From Nostoc minutum NIES-26 (lineage in GTDB: Bacteria; Cyanobacteriota; Cyanobacteriia; Cyanobacteriales; Nostocaceae): a DNA stretch of 32,000 bases. Of this stretch, positions 18,432 through 26,179 are shown one piece after another. The notes below the pieces were generated by a model that was not told the origin of the DNA, did no database searches, and saw only the letters and a program-made list of their open reading frames with translations. The stretch covers positions 1-32,000 of the forward strand of contig LXQD01000205.1 of NCBI GenBank assembly GCA_003326215.1, written 5' to 3'. Every line of letters begins with the position of its first letter. The stretch's first letter is position 1. Position numbers and translations under genes: made by a program.

Positions 18432-18698
18432 ATGGCACAAACTATAAATATTACACTGTCTTCTCTAGACAATTGTGATTCTGCCTACTTTTTGTATGAA
18501 GAGTCCACAGAGAAAATTCTCTTGCCCCCAGATGACCACAATGCAGAGGTAATTGCACTAGCTGGATACAAACTCGTGTACGTCAAAGGTGCTTGCCCGA
18601 AGATGTACCGCGTGTATAAAGACGCTTTAATGCTGGGTGTGGTGTTTCAACACCTGACGCATTGGTCAAATGCAATCAATAGACAAAATTCGGCATGA
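18432..18698 (+). CDS. hypothetical protein
   Basis: 88-aa ORF with a GAGG-like sequence upstream (aaatgaggtcatcATG). No recognisable motifs. Confidence 0.35.
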   Translation: MAQTINITLSSLDNCDSAYFLYEESTEKILLPPDDHNAEVIALAGYKLVYVKGACPKMYRVYKDALMLGVVFQHLTHWSNAINRQNSA

Positions 18699-18731
18699 CG
18701 AGCCGTTGAGTGCGGCGATAGGGTTGGACGA

Positions 18732-19049
18732 GTGAAATATGGTGGTGTGTCAGTGTCAGAAGGAAGAATAGGATATAGTGCCCCGGTACTTCAACAAAAC
18801 TGTTTAGCTTCTCAAATATACCAGCTAATACCGTCTAAAACAGTTTCAAAAATGTTGAATGATAATCGTAAACTCTTCCTTGCAAATCGTGATTTGGGTG
18901 GTTATCAATATCCAGTTAGTGCTATTCCTTTTTCTTGTAATGATTGGCAGCAGCCCTTTCGCCCGTTCTGGGCATATTTAATCAGTGCAAAACGGCGCTA
19001 CGATCCAGATAACTTGCTAACTCCAGGTCAAAGGATTTTTGAAGCATAA
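18732..19049 (+). pseudogene. C-terminal fragment of a cytokinin-oxidase-like / FAD-linked oxidase gene
   Basis: The ORF ends ...NDWQQPFRPFWAYLISAKRRYDPDNLLTPGQRIFEA, matching the conserved CKX C-terminus (W..HFG..W..F...K..YDP..IL.PGQ.IF). The FAD-binding N-terminal part of about 350 aa is absent, and the start is a non-ATG codon. Confidence 0.55.
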
Positions 19050-19618
19050 GCACCAAGCCAAGGGCTAATTGGTCGATTAGGCAGTTGTTGAGTGCGTACT
19101 TCTTGTTTATAAATTTGGAATCCTCGTGCTTGGTAGTTTGCTAGTGCATGGGGACTATCTAAACTGCAAGTATGTACCCATACTCGTTTTGCTCCTATCT
19201 CCCAAGCTCTTTTTACTCCTACACTCAGCAGATGTCCTCCCAATCTTTGCCCAATAAACTGTGGCAGGATACCAAAATAGGCAACTTCTGCATTTTCCTG
19301 TGGTTGCATTTCCAGTTCGATGTAGCCTGCTGGCGTACCCGAAATGTAAGCAACCCACGTTTCCAACTCTGGACGATTGGGGTAATTGTGCCAACGCTCT
19401 TTATTCCAACTCAAGCGGTCAATCCAGTAGTATTTACCCCCAACACTGCTGTAGAGAAAGTGACTAAATTCTGGTGAAGGAATTTTTGCTTGTTCAATTC
19501 TCAATTGATAGTCACCTGGAGCAGATGAACGCAGCTGCTTGGGGTCTAGCATTTCTAAATACCAAGTTGTGACTTCTACAAGAATGTTGTACAACTCAAT
19601 TGCTGTTAAGGGAATCAT
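19028..19618 (-). CDS. GNAT-family N-acetyltransferase
   Basis: 196 aa. The acetyl-CoA-binding core reads YFGILPQFIGQRLGGHLLSVGVKRAWEIGAKRVWVHTCSLDSPHALANYQARGF. Its ATG overlaps the upstream gene's stop in an ATGA at 19615-19618. Confidence 0.8.
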   Translation of the reverse strand: MIPLTAIELYNILVEVTTWYLEMLDPKQLRSSAPGDYQLRIEQAKIPSPEFSHFLYSSVGGKYYWIDRLSWNKERWHNYPNRPELETWVAYISGTPAGYIELEMQPQENAEVAYFGILPQFIGQRLGGHLLSVGVKRAWEIGAKRVWVHTCSLDSPHALANYQARGFQIYKQEVRTQQLPNRPISPWLGAYASKIL

Positions 19619-20175
19619 AGCAAGCGTTCTGCTGCATCTGGCTGCACTTTGATAGCTGCTACAAGTGCATCAAGGACAAATCTGAGTAACTGAGCAGTAT
19701 CAGGGTCTGTCAGTTCACCTTTAGTATTCAGTTTTTTACTCACAAATGGAACACTCAGCGATGCTCCCAGGACAATATTTGCAGCTAACGCCGTCAATGT
19801 CAGCAATAGTGAAGCATGAGCATTGGCACCACCAAATTCTGATGGAGAGGCACTGATTGCAGCAACAGGTTTGCCCACCAACTCACCTGATGAGACTATC
19901 CAATCTAAAGCATTCTTCAGTACACCTGGCATTCCATATGCATATTCTGGTGTACAAATGATTAGTCCATCAGATTCTCTAAGCTGCTTACGCCAGTTGT
20001 TTACTGATATTGGAGGAACTTCACCGTCGAGTTCAGGATTGAAATGCGGCAGGTTGGCTAATCCTTCATAGATTGTAAGCTCAATTCCTTCACTGATAAG
20101 TGTTGCAGCAGCATGTAGCAGTGAGGTATTGGCAGAACCAGGTCTGAGACTTCCAGAAATCGCAAGTATTTTCAT
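19615..20175 (-). CDS. NAD(P)H-dependent FMN reductase family protein
   Basis: 186 aa, with MKILAISGSLRPGSANT and ICTPEYAYGMPGVLKNALDW, typical of the flavodoxin-like FMN_red family. Confidence 0.85.
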   Translation of the reverse strand: MKILAISGSLRPGSANTSLLHAAATLISEGIELTIYEGLANLPHFNPELDGEVPPISVNNWRKQLRESDGLIICTPEYAYGMPGVLKNALDWIVSSGELVGKPVAAISASPSEFGGANAHASLLLTLTALAANIVLGASLSVPFVSKKLNTKGELTDPDTAQLLRFVLDALVAAIKVQPDAAERLL

Positions 20176-20206
20176 AGTCTAATTTTGACCTAGTTCTGCT
20201 GTGATT

Positions 20207-20431
20207 CTACTTGTTAGCTGCTTTTTTGATAGTTGTTAGCTCTGACTGCTGGACAGCAAAATACTCACAGACTTCAGCCGCAGTCAACTTTCTGACTGGA
20301 GTGTGCGGTCGAATCGGCTGTGACATTCCGTTCAAGCTGCAATGGGTATCGCTAGCTTTTCTGTAGACGTAACCAGTACTCATGCTAGGGATGCGAAAGT
20401 AATCACCTGTTTGTAATTGTTGGTAAGTCAT
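20207..20431 (-). CDS. hypothetical small protein
   Basis: 74-aa ORF, co-oriented with and 31 nt upstream of the FMN reductase gene. No motifs recognised. Confidence 0.4.
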   Translation of the reverse strand: MTYQQLQTGDYFRIPSMSTGYVYRKASDTHCSLNGMSQPIRPHTPVRKLTAAEVCEYFAVQQSELTTIKKAANK

Positions 20432-20655
20432 AACCTTGACTTTAACTACAGATTGAATCTAGATTACACGAGTTTTATGATTGGGAAAATGCTATTCATT
20501 AAGTGCTGTGTTACCGTTTCTACAAAGTATTTCAAGAAATACTAGTTTTCTAAAGTGCGATCGCATCGTGGCGAGTCAAACTATCACAATCAAGAGCGAT
20601 CGCAGTTTAAAATTTTAATAGGGGTCAAGCAATAGCGGTGTCACCAAGGAGAAAA

Positions 20656-20923
20656 ATGACAGACAATTCTAGGTTTGATGACATTTATTTACGCCTCAAC
20701 GAACTGACACAGGACGTAGCCACCCTTAAAATACAAGCAGGAACTATAGGGACAATCACAAGTAGCAACTGCCACTACCTTGAGTTTAGCTACCCGATTA
20801 GTATCGGATATGTGTAAGGTCAAAGCAGATATCCGTGAAATGAAAGCTGAGATTACGAATTTCAATGCAGGAGTAAAAGAAGTTATAACCCTATTGCATA
20901 ATAAAAGCTCTTTTGAAGCATAA
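20656..20923 (+). pseudogene. small coiled-coil-like gene interrupted by a frameshift
   Basis: A strong SD (AAGGAG, 20646-20651) precedes ATG 20656. That frame stops at 20815-20817. The +1 frame is open from about 20750 to TAA 20921-20923 and reads ...KVKADIREMKAEITNFNAGVKEVITLLHNKSSFEA, so joined it gives about 88 aa. Confidence 0.4.
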
Positions 20924-20949
20924 TTCACAAAATCAAAAGGAATAGCATT

Positions 20950-21564
20950 ATGTTTCAGCCTTTAGTAGAACCGATAATCTTTGAAGAATTTCTGGAATGG
21001 AAACCAGAAAATGGCAGATATGAATTACATAAAGGAGCCATATTTGAAATGCAGCCAACAGGAGACCATGAGCTAGTTAGAGCATTTTTGATTAGAGAAC
21101 TCAATTTTGAGATTCGTAAGTTTAATTTAGCTTATACAATTCCTGGTCAAGCATTAGTCAAATCAGTTGATAAGAAATCTGGTTATATTCCAGATGTATT
21201 AGTATTGAATGTCCCTAACTTGGTTAATGAGCCATTTTGGAAAAAGTCATCTACGGTTACTCAAGCAGAATCAATTCCATTGGCAGTAGAAGTTGTCAGT
21301 ACAAATTGGCGAGATGATTATTTCCTAAAATTTGGTGAATACGAGGAAATTGGAATTCCAGAATATTGGATTGTTGACTATGCTGCTCTTGGCGGAAAGC
21401 GGTTTATTGGAAATCATAAACAGCCAACAATATCAGTTTATGTTTTAGTTGACGGTGAATACCAAGTTACTCAATTCCGGGGTAATGATAAAATTCAATC
21501 GCCAACTTTCCCAGAGTTAAATTTAATCGCTGAACAAGTGTTTCAGTCTGCTTTGATTGAATAG
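20950..21564 (+). CDS. Uma2-family (DUF820) putative endonuclease
   Basis: 204 aa, with YELHKGAIFEM, YIPDVLVL, PLAVEVVSTNW, and KFGEYEEIGIPEYWIVD. Confidence 0.8.
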   Translation: MFQPLVEPIIFEEFLEWKPENGRYELHKGAIFEMQPTGDHELVRAFLIRELNFEIRKFNLAYTIPGQALVKSVDKKSGYIPDVLVLNVPNLVNEPFWKKSSTVTQAESIPLAVEVVSTNWRDDYFLKFGEYEEIGIPEYWIVDYAALGGKRFIGNHKQPTISVYVLVDGEYQVTQFRGNDKIQSPTFPELNLIAEQVFQSALIE

Positions 21565-21705
21565 TAATTCAAGTAGAAGATTTTCAAAGTAAACTAACGC
21601 CAGAAGAATTTACGCCTTTGTGTTTGCAATTATCTCGTGAAGAATTGTTAGTGAGATTCGCGCAGTAAAATCCTTTCCAGCACATTAATATTACGCATTA
21701 AAATC

Positions 21706-21737
21706 AAAAGCGGTTTGTTAACAGCAAACCGCTTTTT
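21706..21737. terminator. intrinsic terminator hairpin AAAAGCGGTTTG-ttaacag-CAAACCGCTTTT
   Basis: Perfect 12-bp stem with an A-run before and a T-run after, so it could act in either direction. It marks the left edge of the small-gene operon. Confidence 0.7.
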
Positions 21738-21793
21738 GAATGGCACAAGCATCTCAACCAAAAAACGCAATCTAGAATTGACAGGGTAAAAAT

Positions 21794-22000
21794 ATGCAAG
21801 TAACAATTACGATTCCACGCGGTTGGGGATATCCAAGGTTTACCTTTGGTCAACGCACTAAACAAGGAGTAGTCGTAGGAATCGAATTCATCCCAAGCAA
21901 CAGTTTGATAGCAAAAGAAAACGCCGCAGGTTGGTATTACGGATTGCTGCTTGATAAAAACAGCAAAGACATTATTTATCTGAGTGAAGACGAAATATAA
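21794..22000 (+). CDS. hypothetical protein (first gene of the small-gene operon); the frame stays open past its TAA to 22183
   Basis: 68-aa ORF. The same frame continues for 60 codons after the TAA and ends in an ATGA overlap with the next gene. Confidence 0.45.
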   Translation: MQVTITIPRGWGYPRFTFGQRTKQGVVVGIEFIPSNSLIAKENAAGWYYGLLLDKNSKDIIYLSEDEI

Positions 22001-22179
22001 CAGCTTTCGTCATCTGAATCAACTGAAGAGATATTGACCGAAATAGACAATCATCTCAACCAATTAGCAATACTTCAGGCGCAATTAGGAGACAACCTGG
22101 ATATCAAAACTCCCTTTGCTGATATCAAACCGAAAATCGCTACATCCAAATCAAAGAGTATTTCAAGACGGTCTGCGGC

Positions 22180-22473
22180 ATGAACAAACCACAAGAACTA
22201 GAAGAAGCTTGGGATGCTTTGATGGGCATCAATAGAAAGCACTATGTCTCAACAGGTTTTTATACCCTTGGTGATGCATTCTTAATCAGTAATAAAGACC
22301 CCAATTACAAAAACAAAGTTGTACTCGTAGAGCATCGGTTGAAATCACAGATTAATCACTGGACTTTCACTTGCGACTCGTCTTTTTGCAGTAATCCAAT
22401 TATCACAAGCAATGGTGATGATGGCAACGGGAATTTGAAGCGCAAAGCGCAGTATCTTAAAGTATTCAGCTAG
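22180..22473 (+). CDS. hypothetical protein
   Basis: 97-aa ORF. Its start is embedded in an ATGA overlap at 22180-22183. It follows the operon orientation. Confidence 0.5.
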   Translation: MNKPQELEEAWDALMGINRKHYVSTGFYTLGDAFLISNKDPNYKNKVVLVEHRLKSQINHWTFTCDSSFCSNPIITSNGDDGNGNLKRKAQYLKVFS

Positions 22474-22479
22474 AAAAAT

Positions 22480-22674
22480 ATGCCGAAAAAACTTGTTCAA
22501 GAAGCTTCTTCCTATTATCCCTGTTTACATTATCTTCAGAGATGCGGTGGACGGGCTAAGTTATCGCAACTGAATTTTATTAGGGACGTAATTCAGAAGT
22601 TGGTTGATACTAACTTGGCTAAAGTTAGAAATACAGGCGCAGGTTTCTATCTGGAATTGGAGAAAAAGTCATGA
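22480..22674 (+). CDS. hypothetical small basic protein (possibly wHTH-like)
   Basis: 64-aa ORF starting 6 nt after the previous stop. Its stop overlaps the next ATG (ATGA at 22671-22674). Confidence 0.45.
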   Translation: MPKKLVQEASSYYPCLHYLQRCGGRAKLSQLNFIRDVIQKLVDTNLAKVRNTGAGFYLELEKKS

Positions 22675-22865
22675 AACTCAATCCTGTTTATGAGCCAAAA
22701 ACTCTGAATCCATCAAAAGTTTATTTGATTGATAGTACACAATACAGATATCTAAGAATTGAAGGCACTGGGAAGCATATTAAGTATGTGTTTTCACCAC
22801 TACCAAATCAAAGAAAGACATCCGATATAAGCCTCAATAACACAAAACTGACTATCAAATGTTAG
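22671..22865 (+). CDS. hypothetical protein
   Basis: 64-aa ORF, apparently translationally coupled to the genes on both sides. Confidence 0.45.
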   Translation: MKLNPVYEPKTLNPSKVYLIDSTQYRYLRIEGTGKHIKYVFSPLPNQRKTSDISLNNTKLTIKC

Positions 22866-23119
22866 GAAGTCGAAGGAATGGTTTGTCAGCCTCCAAAAAA
22901 CCAAAGTGTTGTACAGATGGGGTTTTTGTGATGTCAATACATAAACCGCCTACGATTAAGTACCCTGTTAAAGTTCAGAAGGGTAATTCAAAAAAGATAG
23001 TTTATCGAACTATCAGGGACATTCAACAACTCAAAAATAACCAAGCAGTAGGCATAGCCAGAATCAAAAATAAATCTCAAATGGTTCGTAAACAAGGGAT
23101 TTATTGGGTTGTCGTCTAG
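22859..23119 (+). CDS. hypothetical basic protein (alternative start ATG 22931)
   Basis: 86-aa ORF overlapping the previous stop by 7 nt. It is rich in Lys/Arg. Confidence 0.4.
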   Translation: MLGSRRNGLSASKKPKCCTDGVFVMSIHKPPTIKYPVKVQKGNSKKIVYRTIRDIQQLKNNQAVGIARIKNKSQMVRKQGIYWVVV

Positions 23120-23212
23120 GTTTGATGAAAGTTGACTCTCAGAAACTCGTGTTGTATCAAAACCATTCCACCGCAAAGCGGTGAGTCAATGAAAAAAATG
23201 AGGTACTGAACA

Positions 23213-23821
23213 ATGGTACAAGTGCTCGCTCCTAACGAAACGTTCTTGCAAAATGCAATTGTTGAAAGAATTAACTTTTCTAAGTTAAACAAAACTCGTA
23301 TTCGCTTTAGTATTAGGTTGAAAAACAGTACAATTAGTGCAGCACCTAAATGGGCAGATGTGCTAAAAACTTCTGACACTGACACCGAATCCGACTTAAT
23401 CAAGGTGACGAATTCTGAAGTCGGTCTGCGCGGCATCAAGGTATTCAAAGCCCTGAATGAAGCAGCCTCCCAACTCAGGCAAGAAATTGCATCAGTGCAG
23501 GAGTGGATGAGTTCTGACAACGGAGATTGGATCTGTCCGATAGACCTTGCACCTTTGGTTTGGAGTCAGTTGCTCAACATCCGAGACGCGATCGCTCCCA
23601 ATCTCCGCGCTGGACTACTAGACGAGTACGAGAAAGGCTTAGAAGATTACAAGCAACGAATAGAAAACTTCATCTCTATCCAGGCTTGGGAACTGTCACA
23701 CCTTCAGCAAGAAGAAGTCAAAGCTAATCTGCTAAGAGCTTTTCCAAATTTAAGCGAGTTAGAAGATTGTTTGCAGGTAATCATCGGTCGCCCCGTTATG
23801 ATCCCAGCATTGGTGCATTAG
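23213..23821 (+). CDS. hypothetical protein, last gene of the operon; its 3' end overlaps the convergent methyltransferase gene
   Basis: 202-aa ORF with natural-looking composition (…LLDEYEKGLEDYKQRIENFISIQAWELSHLQQEEVKANLLRAF…). It overlaps 23796..25970 by 26 nt. Confidence 0.5.
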   Translation: MVQVLAPNETFLQNAIVERINFSKLNKTRIRFSIRLKNSTISAAPKWADVLKTSDTDTESDLIKVTNSEVGLRGIKVFKALNEAASQLRQEIASVQEWMSSDNGDWICPIDLAPLVWSQLLNIRDAIAPNLRAGLLDEYEKGLEDYKQRIENFISIQAWELSHLQQEEVKANLLRAFPNLSELEDCLQVIIGRPVMIPALVH

Positions 23822-25970
23822 TATAATTTGTAGTGGCATGGCAAGGTGAGCGAGAAATGCGATCGCTTGCCTTGCCACTAACGGATATTATGGGAATACG
23901 GGACATTTCACGCTCTTGAGCATACTGCTTTTTTAGGGTTTCAATAGAAGCAAGGTAAGTACGGATGCTTTTTTCCCATTCCTCAGTACCGTAGGTTCGT
24001 AATAGTTCGAGCGCACTTGCTTCAATTTGATACACAGTTTTTGGACTGTTGATAGGGCGGCTCAGATCGTCTGGATTAGCAACTATCAAAGCGGCATCCA
24101 GAAATTGATGTACTGTCTGGCGGCGTACTGTTTCTCGTGTATTGGGCTTATAGGTTTTGCCATAATGCTGAGCCATGAATTCCATCATCGGCGTGATTCC
24201 CATAAAAGGGGAAGTTGCTAATTGCCAAGAGTCTGTCGGCTTTAAGTCAAGTAACGCCAGAAGGGTTAAAGCTGACCGTTCGTTAAGCTGTCTTCGTGGA
24301 AAGCCCAATTGTGACAAAATTTGCACCGCTTCATCAATTCGAGACTTAATTGCGATGGGATTGTTGCCTGACTGATTCGACATACTCAGTAACTTATTTT
24401 CCACAAGTTCATCGATTGCGCGCAAAGAGAGAAACTGTTCTTTGATTTCCGTCCCTAAAGACAATAGTTGTTCCAAAGTAGGATACTTTAATTTCCGCAA
24501 ATCTGTTGCATTTACCTGAGTATGTCCATTGAACAACCGAAAGAATGAATCAACCAAGGTTGAATTAAGATAAACTGCAAGCCCACAAGCCAAGGTATAG
24601 CTAAGTCCACGCCCCTGTTTGTGAAAGTAATTCAAGTGATTTTCAAAGCCGACATAAGCATAATCGAATCGATCGGCATTATAAATGACCGCAACAACCC
24701 GTCTTTTCTCTTCTTTTGACGAAAATCTTTTGCAGAGGACATAATGCTCATTTGGTACCAGAAGATTCTTTGTTTCTGCTCTATGCACTATAGCTTGGGG
24801 CTTTTTGGTTATTTTGGGATGCTCTATATATCCATCTGAGAAATTTACCGGATAAATCAAAGGAACAGTATTTTTTTCGGAATTTGTTCTGAGGTAATTT
24901 TTAGCTCGAAAATCTACAACCTTTCCAGTTGAAACTGTTAGCCCTAAATCTTGCAAAGTGCAAGTGAAAAGTGCCATTTGCTGAACAATTTGCTGGCTAA
25001 TTTTATCTGGAAGAATATGAATGAACTGCTCTTTATCGTCAGGGTGAACTAAATTCGCATATGGTACAGAGTGTGACATGATATAGTCATCATTAGCACC
25101 AAAGCTAGTATTAATGATTACGCTGCTAAACTTTTGCTCTTGTTTTGTAGCTCGGACGATCGCAGTTTCTTGTAGAACATCATCATTAAATGCTTCTTGC
25201 CGCGACTCAAAAAGATGTACTTGTTGTAAAGCCATCATCTCCAAAAACATCTTCCGAAAGTCACAAAAATACGGGCCATTGCAAAAACTACGCGGGGTAA
25301 TCGCTACAAACTCCCCTTTTGGTTTTAGCAGTTTTGCTGTGGCAGCCATAAAACCAGTATAAAGATTGCTAGTTTCCAAACCTATAGAACGTAGCAATTT
25401 CCGAACTTGGGAATGAGCATTGATTTTTAAATAAGGTGGATTGAGGATTGCATGGGTAAATTCTGCTGGATTTGTATTATTTAATAAACCAAGCTGAAGT
25501 CGCTTAACAGCATCTTCAATAAAATCAGTCTCACGAATTTCGTAATTGAAAGAAATACTTACATGTTGGCATTCTCTGGCACATAGCTCTAAAGTCTGGC
25601 GCAAATACCCGATCAGAAAAGGGTCAATTTCATAGGCTACAATACGTAAACTTGACGTATGTTGCTGCTGGCATACTTTGGTCACAAAAGCGGCTAGTAA
25701 TGAACCGATTCCAGCTCCGGCATCAAGCAAAAATATTTCAGGCAAATCCAGCCTATCAAACATCCCAGCCATCAATTCCGCCACCGAAGCGGGGGTGAGA
25801 AACTGCCCCATTAATCCTTTTTTATTTTGTCTTAGTTTAAAACTTGCTACAGCCCGATGCAGATCCACTTCTGCAAGCAAGTTGCCCCTAGATAATTGTG
25901 CTAGGCTGCTAAAACCTAAAATACTTCTATCACTTGCTACGAAAGCTTTACTACTTGATGGAATGCTCAC
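23796..25970 (-). CDS. N6-adenine DNA methyltransferase (gamma-class, Eco57I/PstI-like) fused to a BsuBI/PstI-type restriction endonuclease N-terminal DNA-binding domain; the nuclease domain is missing
   Basis: 724 aa. The SAM motif LLDAGAGIGSL precedes the catalytic NPPY (AILNPPYLKI). Residues from about 540 to 690 (…LGFPRRQLNERSALTLLALLDL…GITPMMEFMAQHYGKTYKPNTRETVRRQTVHQF…) match my memory of the BsuBI/PstI RE N-domain. The ORF ends about 35 aa later in unrelated sequence. Confidence 0.8.
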   Translation of the reverse strand: MSIPSSSKAFVASDRSILGFSSLAQLSRGNLLAEVDLHRAVASFKLRQNKKGLMGQFLTPASVAELMAGMFDRLDLPEIFLLDAGAGIGSLLAAFVTKVCQQQHTSSLRIVAYEIDPFLIGYLRQTLELCARECQHVSISFNYEIRETDFIEDAVKRLQLGLLNNTNPAEFTHAILNPPYLKINAHSQVRKLLRSIGLETSNLYTGFMAATAKLLKPKGEFVAITPRSFCNGPYFCDFRKMFLEMMALQQVHLFESRQEAFNDDVLQETAIVRATKQEQKFSSVIINTSFGANDDYIMSHSVPYANLVHPDDKEQFIHILPDKISQQIVQQMALFTCTLQDLGLTVSTGKVVDFRAKNYLRTNSEKNTVPLIYPVNFSDGYIEHPKITKKPQAIVHRAETKNLLVPNEHYVLCKRFSSKEEKRRVVAVIYNADRFDYAYVGFENHLNYFHKQGRGLSYTLACGLAVYLNSTLVDSFFRLFNGHTQVNATDLRKLKYPTLEQLLSLGTEIKEQFLSLRAIDELVENKLLSMSNQSGNNPIAIKSRIDEAVQILSQLGFPRRQLNERSALTLLALLDLKPTDSWQLATSPFMGITPMMEFMAQHYGKTYKPNTRETVRRQTVHQFLDAALIVANPDDLSRPINSPKTVYQIEASALELLRTYGTEEWEKSIRTYLASIETLKKQYAQEREMSRIPIISVSGKASDRISRSPCHATTNYTNAPMLGS

Positions 25971-26179
25971 GATATGTCTTGAAAATAGGGAGTAGGGACT
26001 GGGGAAGAAATCTTTTTTATCCTTAGTTGTGAGATTTTCTTATGATTATCCGTCTTTTTAATTGCTATGGCGAATGGAATGTGGCGATCGCTGATTAATC
26101 TATGCAACTACTGCCTCACCGCCAAGACTCCGACTTCCTCACCGCGTCTTTGCGTCCCTTGCTCACCAGTTCGTGACAG

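Noticed and set aside
18432-19049. ORFs 18432..18698 and 18732..19049 share a frame and are separated by a single TGA (18696-18698), so a third interrupted gene was considered
   Set aside because: The upstream half shows no FAD-oxidase features, while the downstream half is clearly the extreme C-terminus of a CKX-like protein. Same-frame adjacency has a 1-in-3 chance expectation. I treated them as an unrelated small ORF plus a gene fragment.
20689-20928. 79-aa minus-strand ORF
   Set aside because: The plus strand carries a strong SD plus ATG and a coherent, though frameshifted, reading. The minus-strand ORF is probably its shadow.
23116-23520. 134-aa minus-strand ORF, plus 22988..23176 (-), inside the small-gene operon
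   Set aside because: They lie antisense to co-oriented, translationally coupled plus-strand ORFs. The composition is Leu/Ser/Phe-rich, typical of AT-rich antisense frames.
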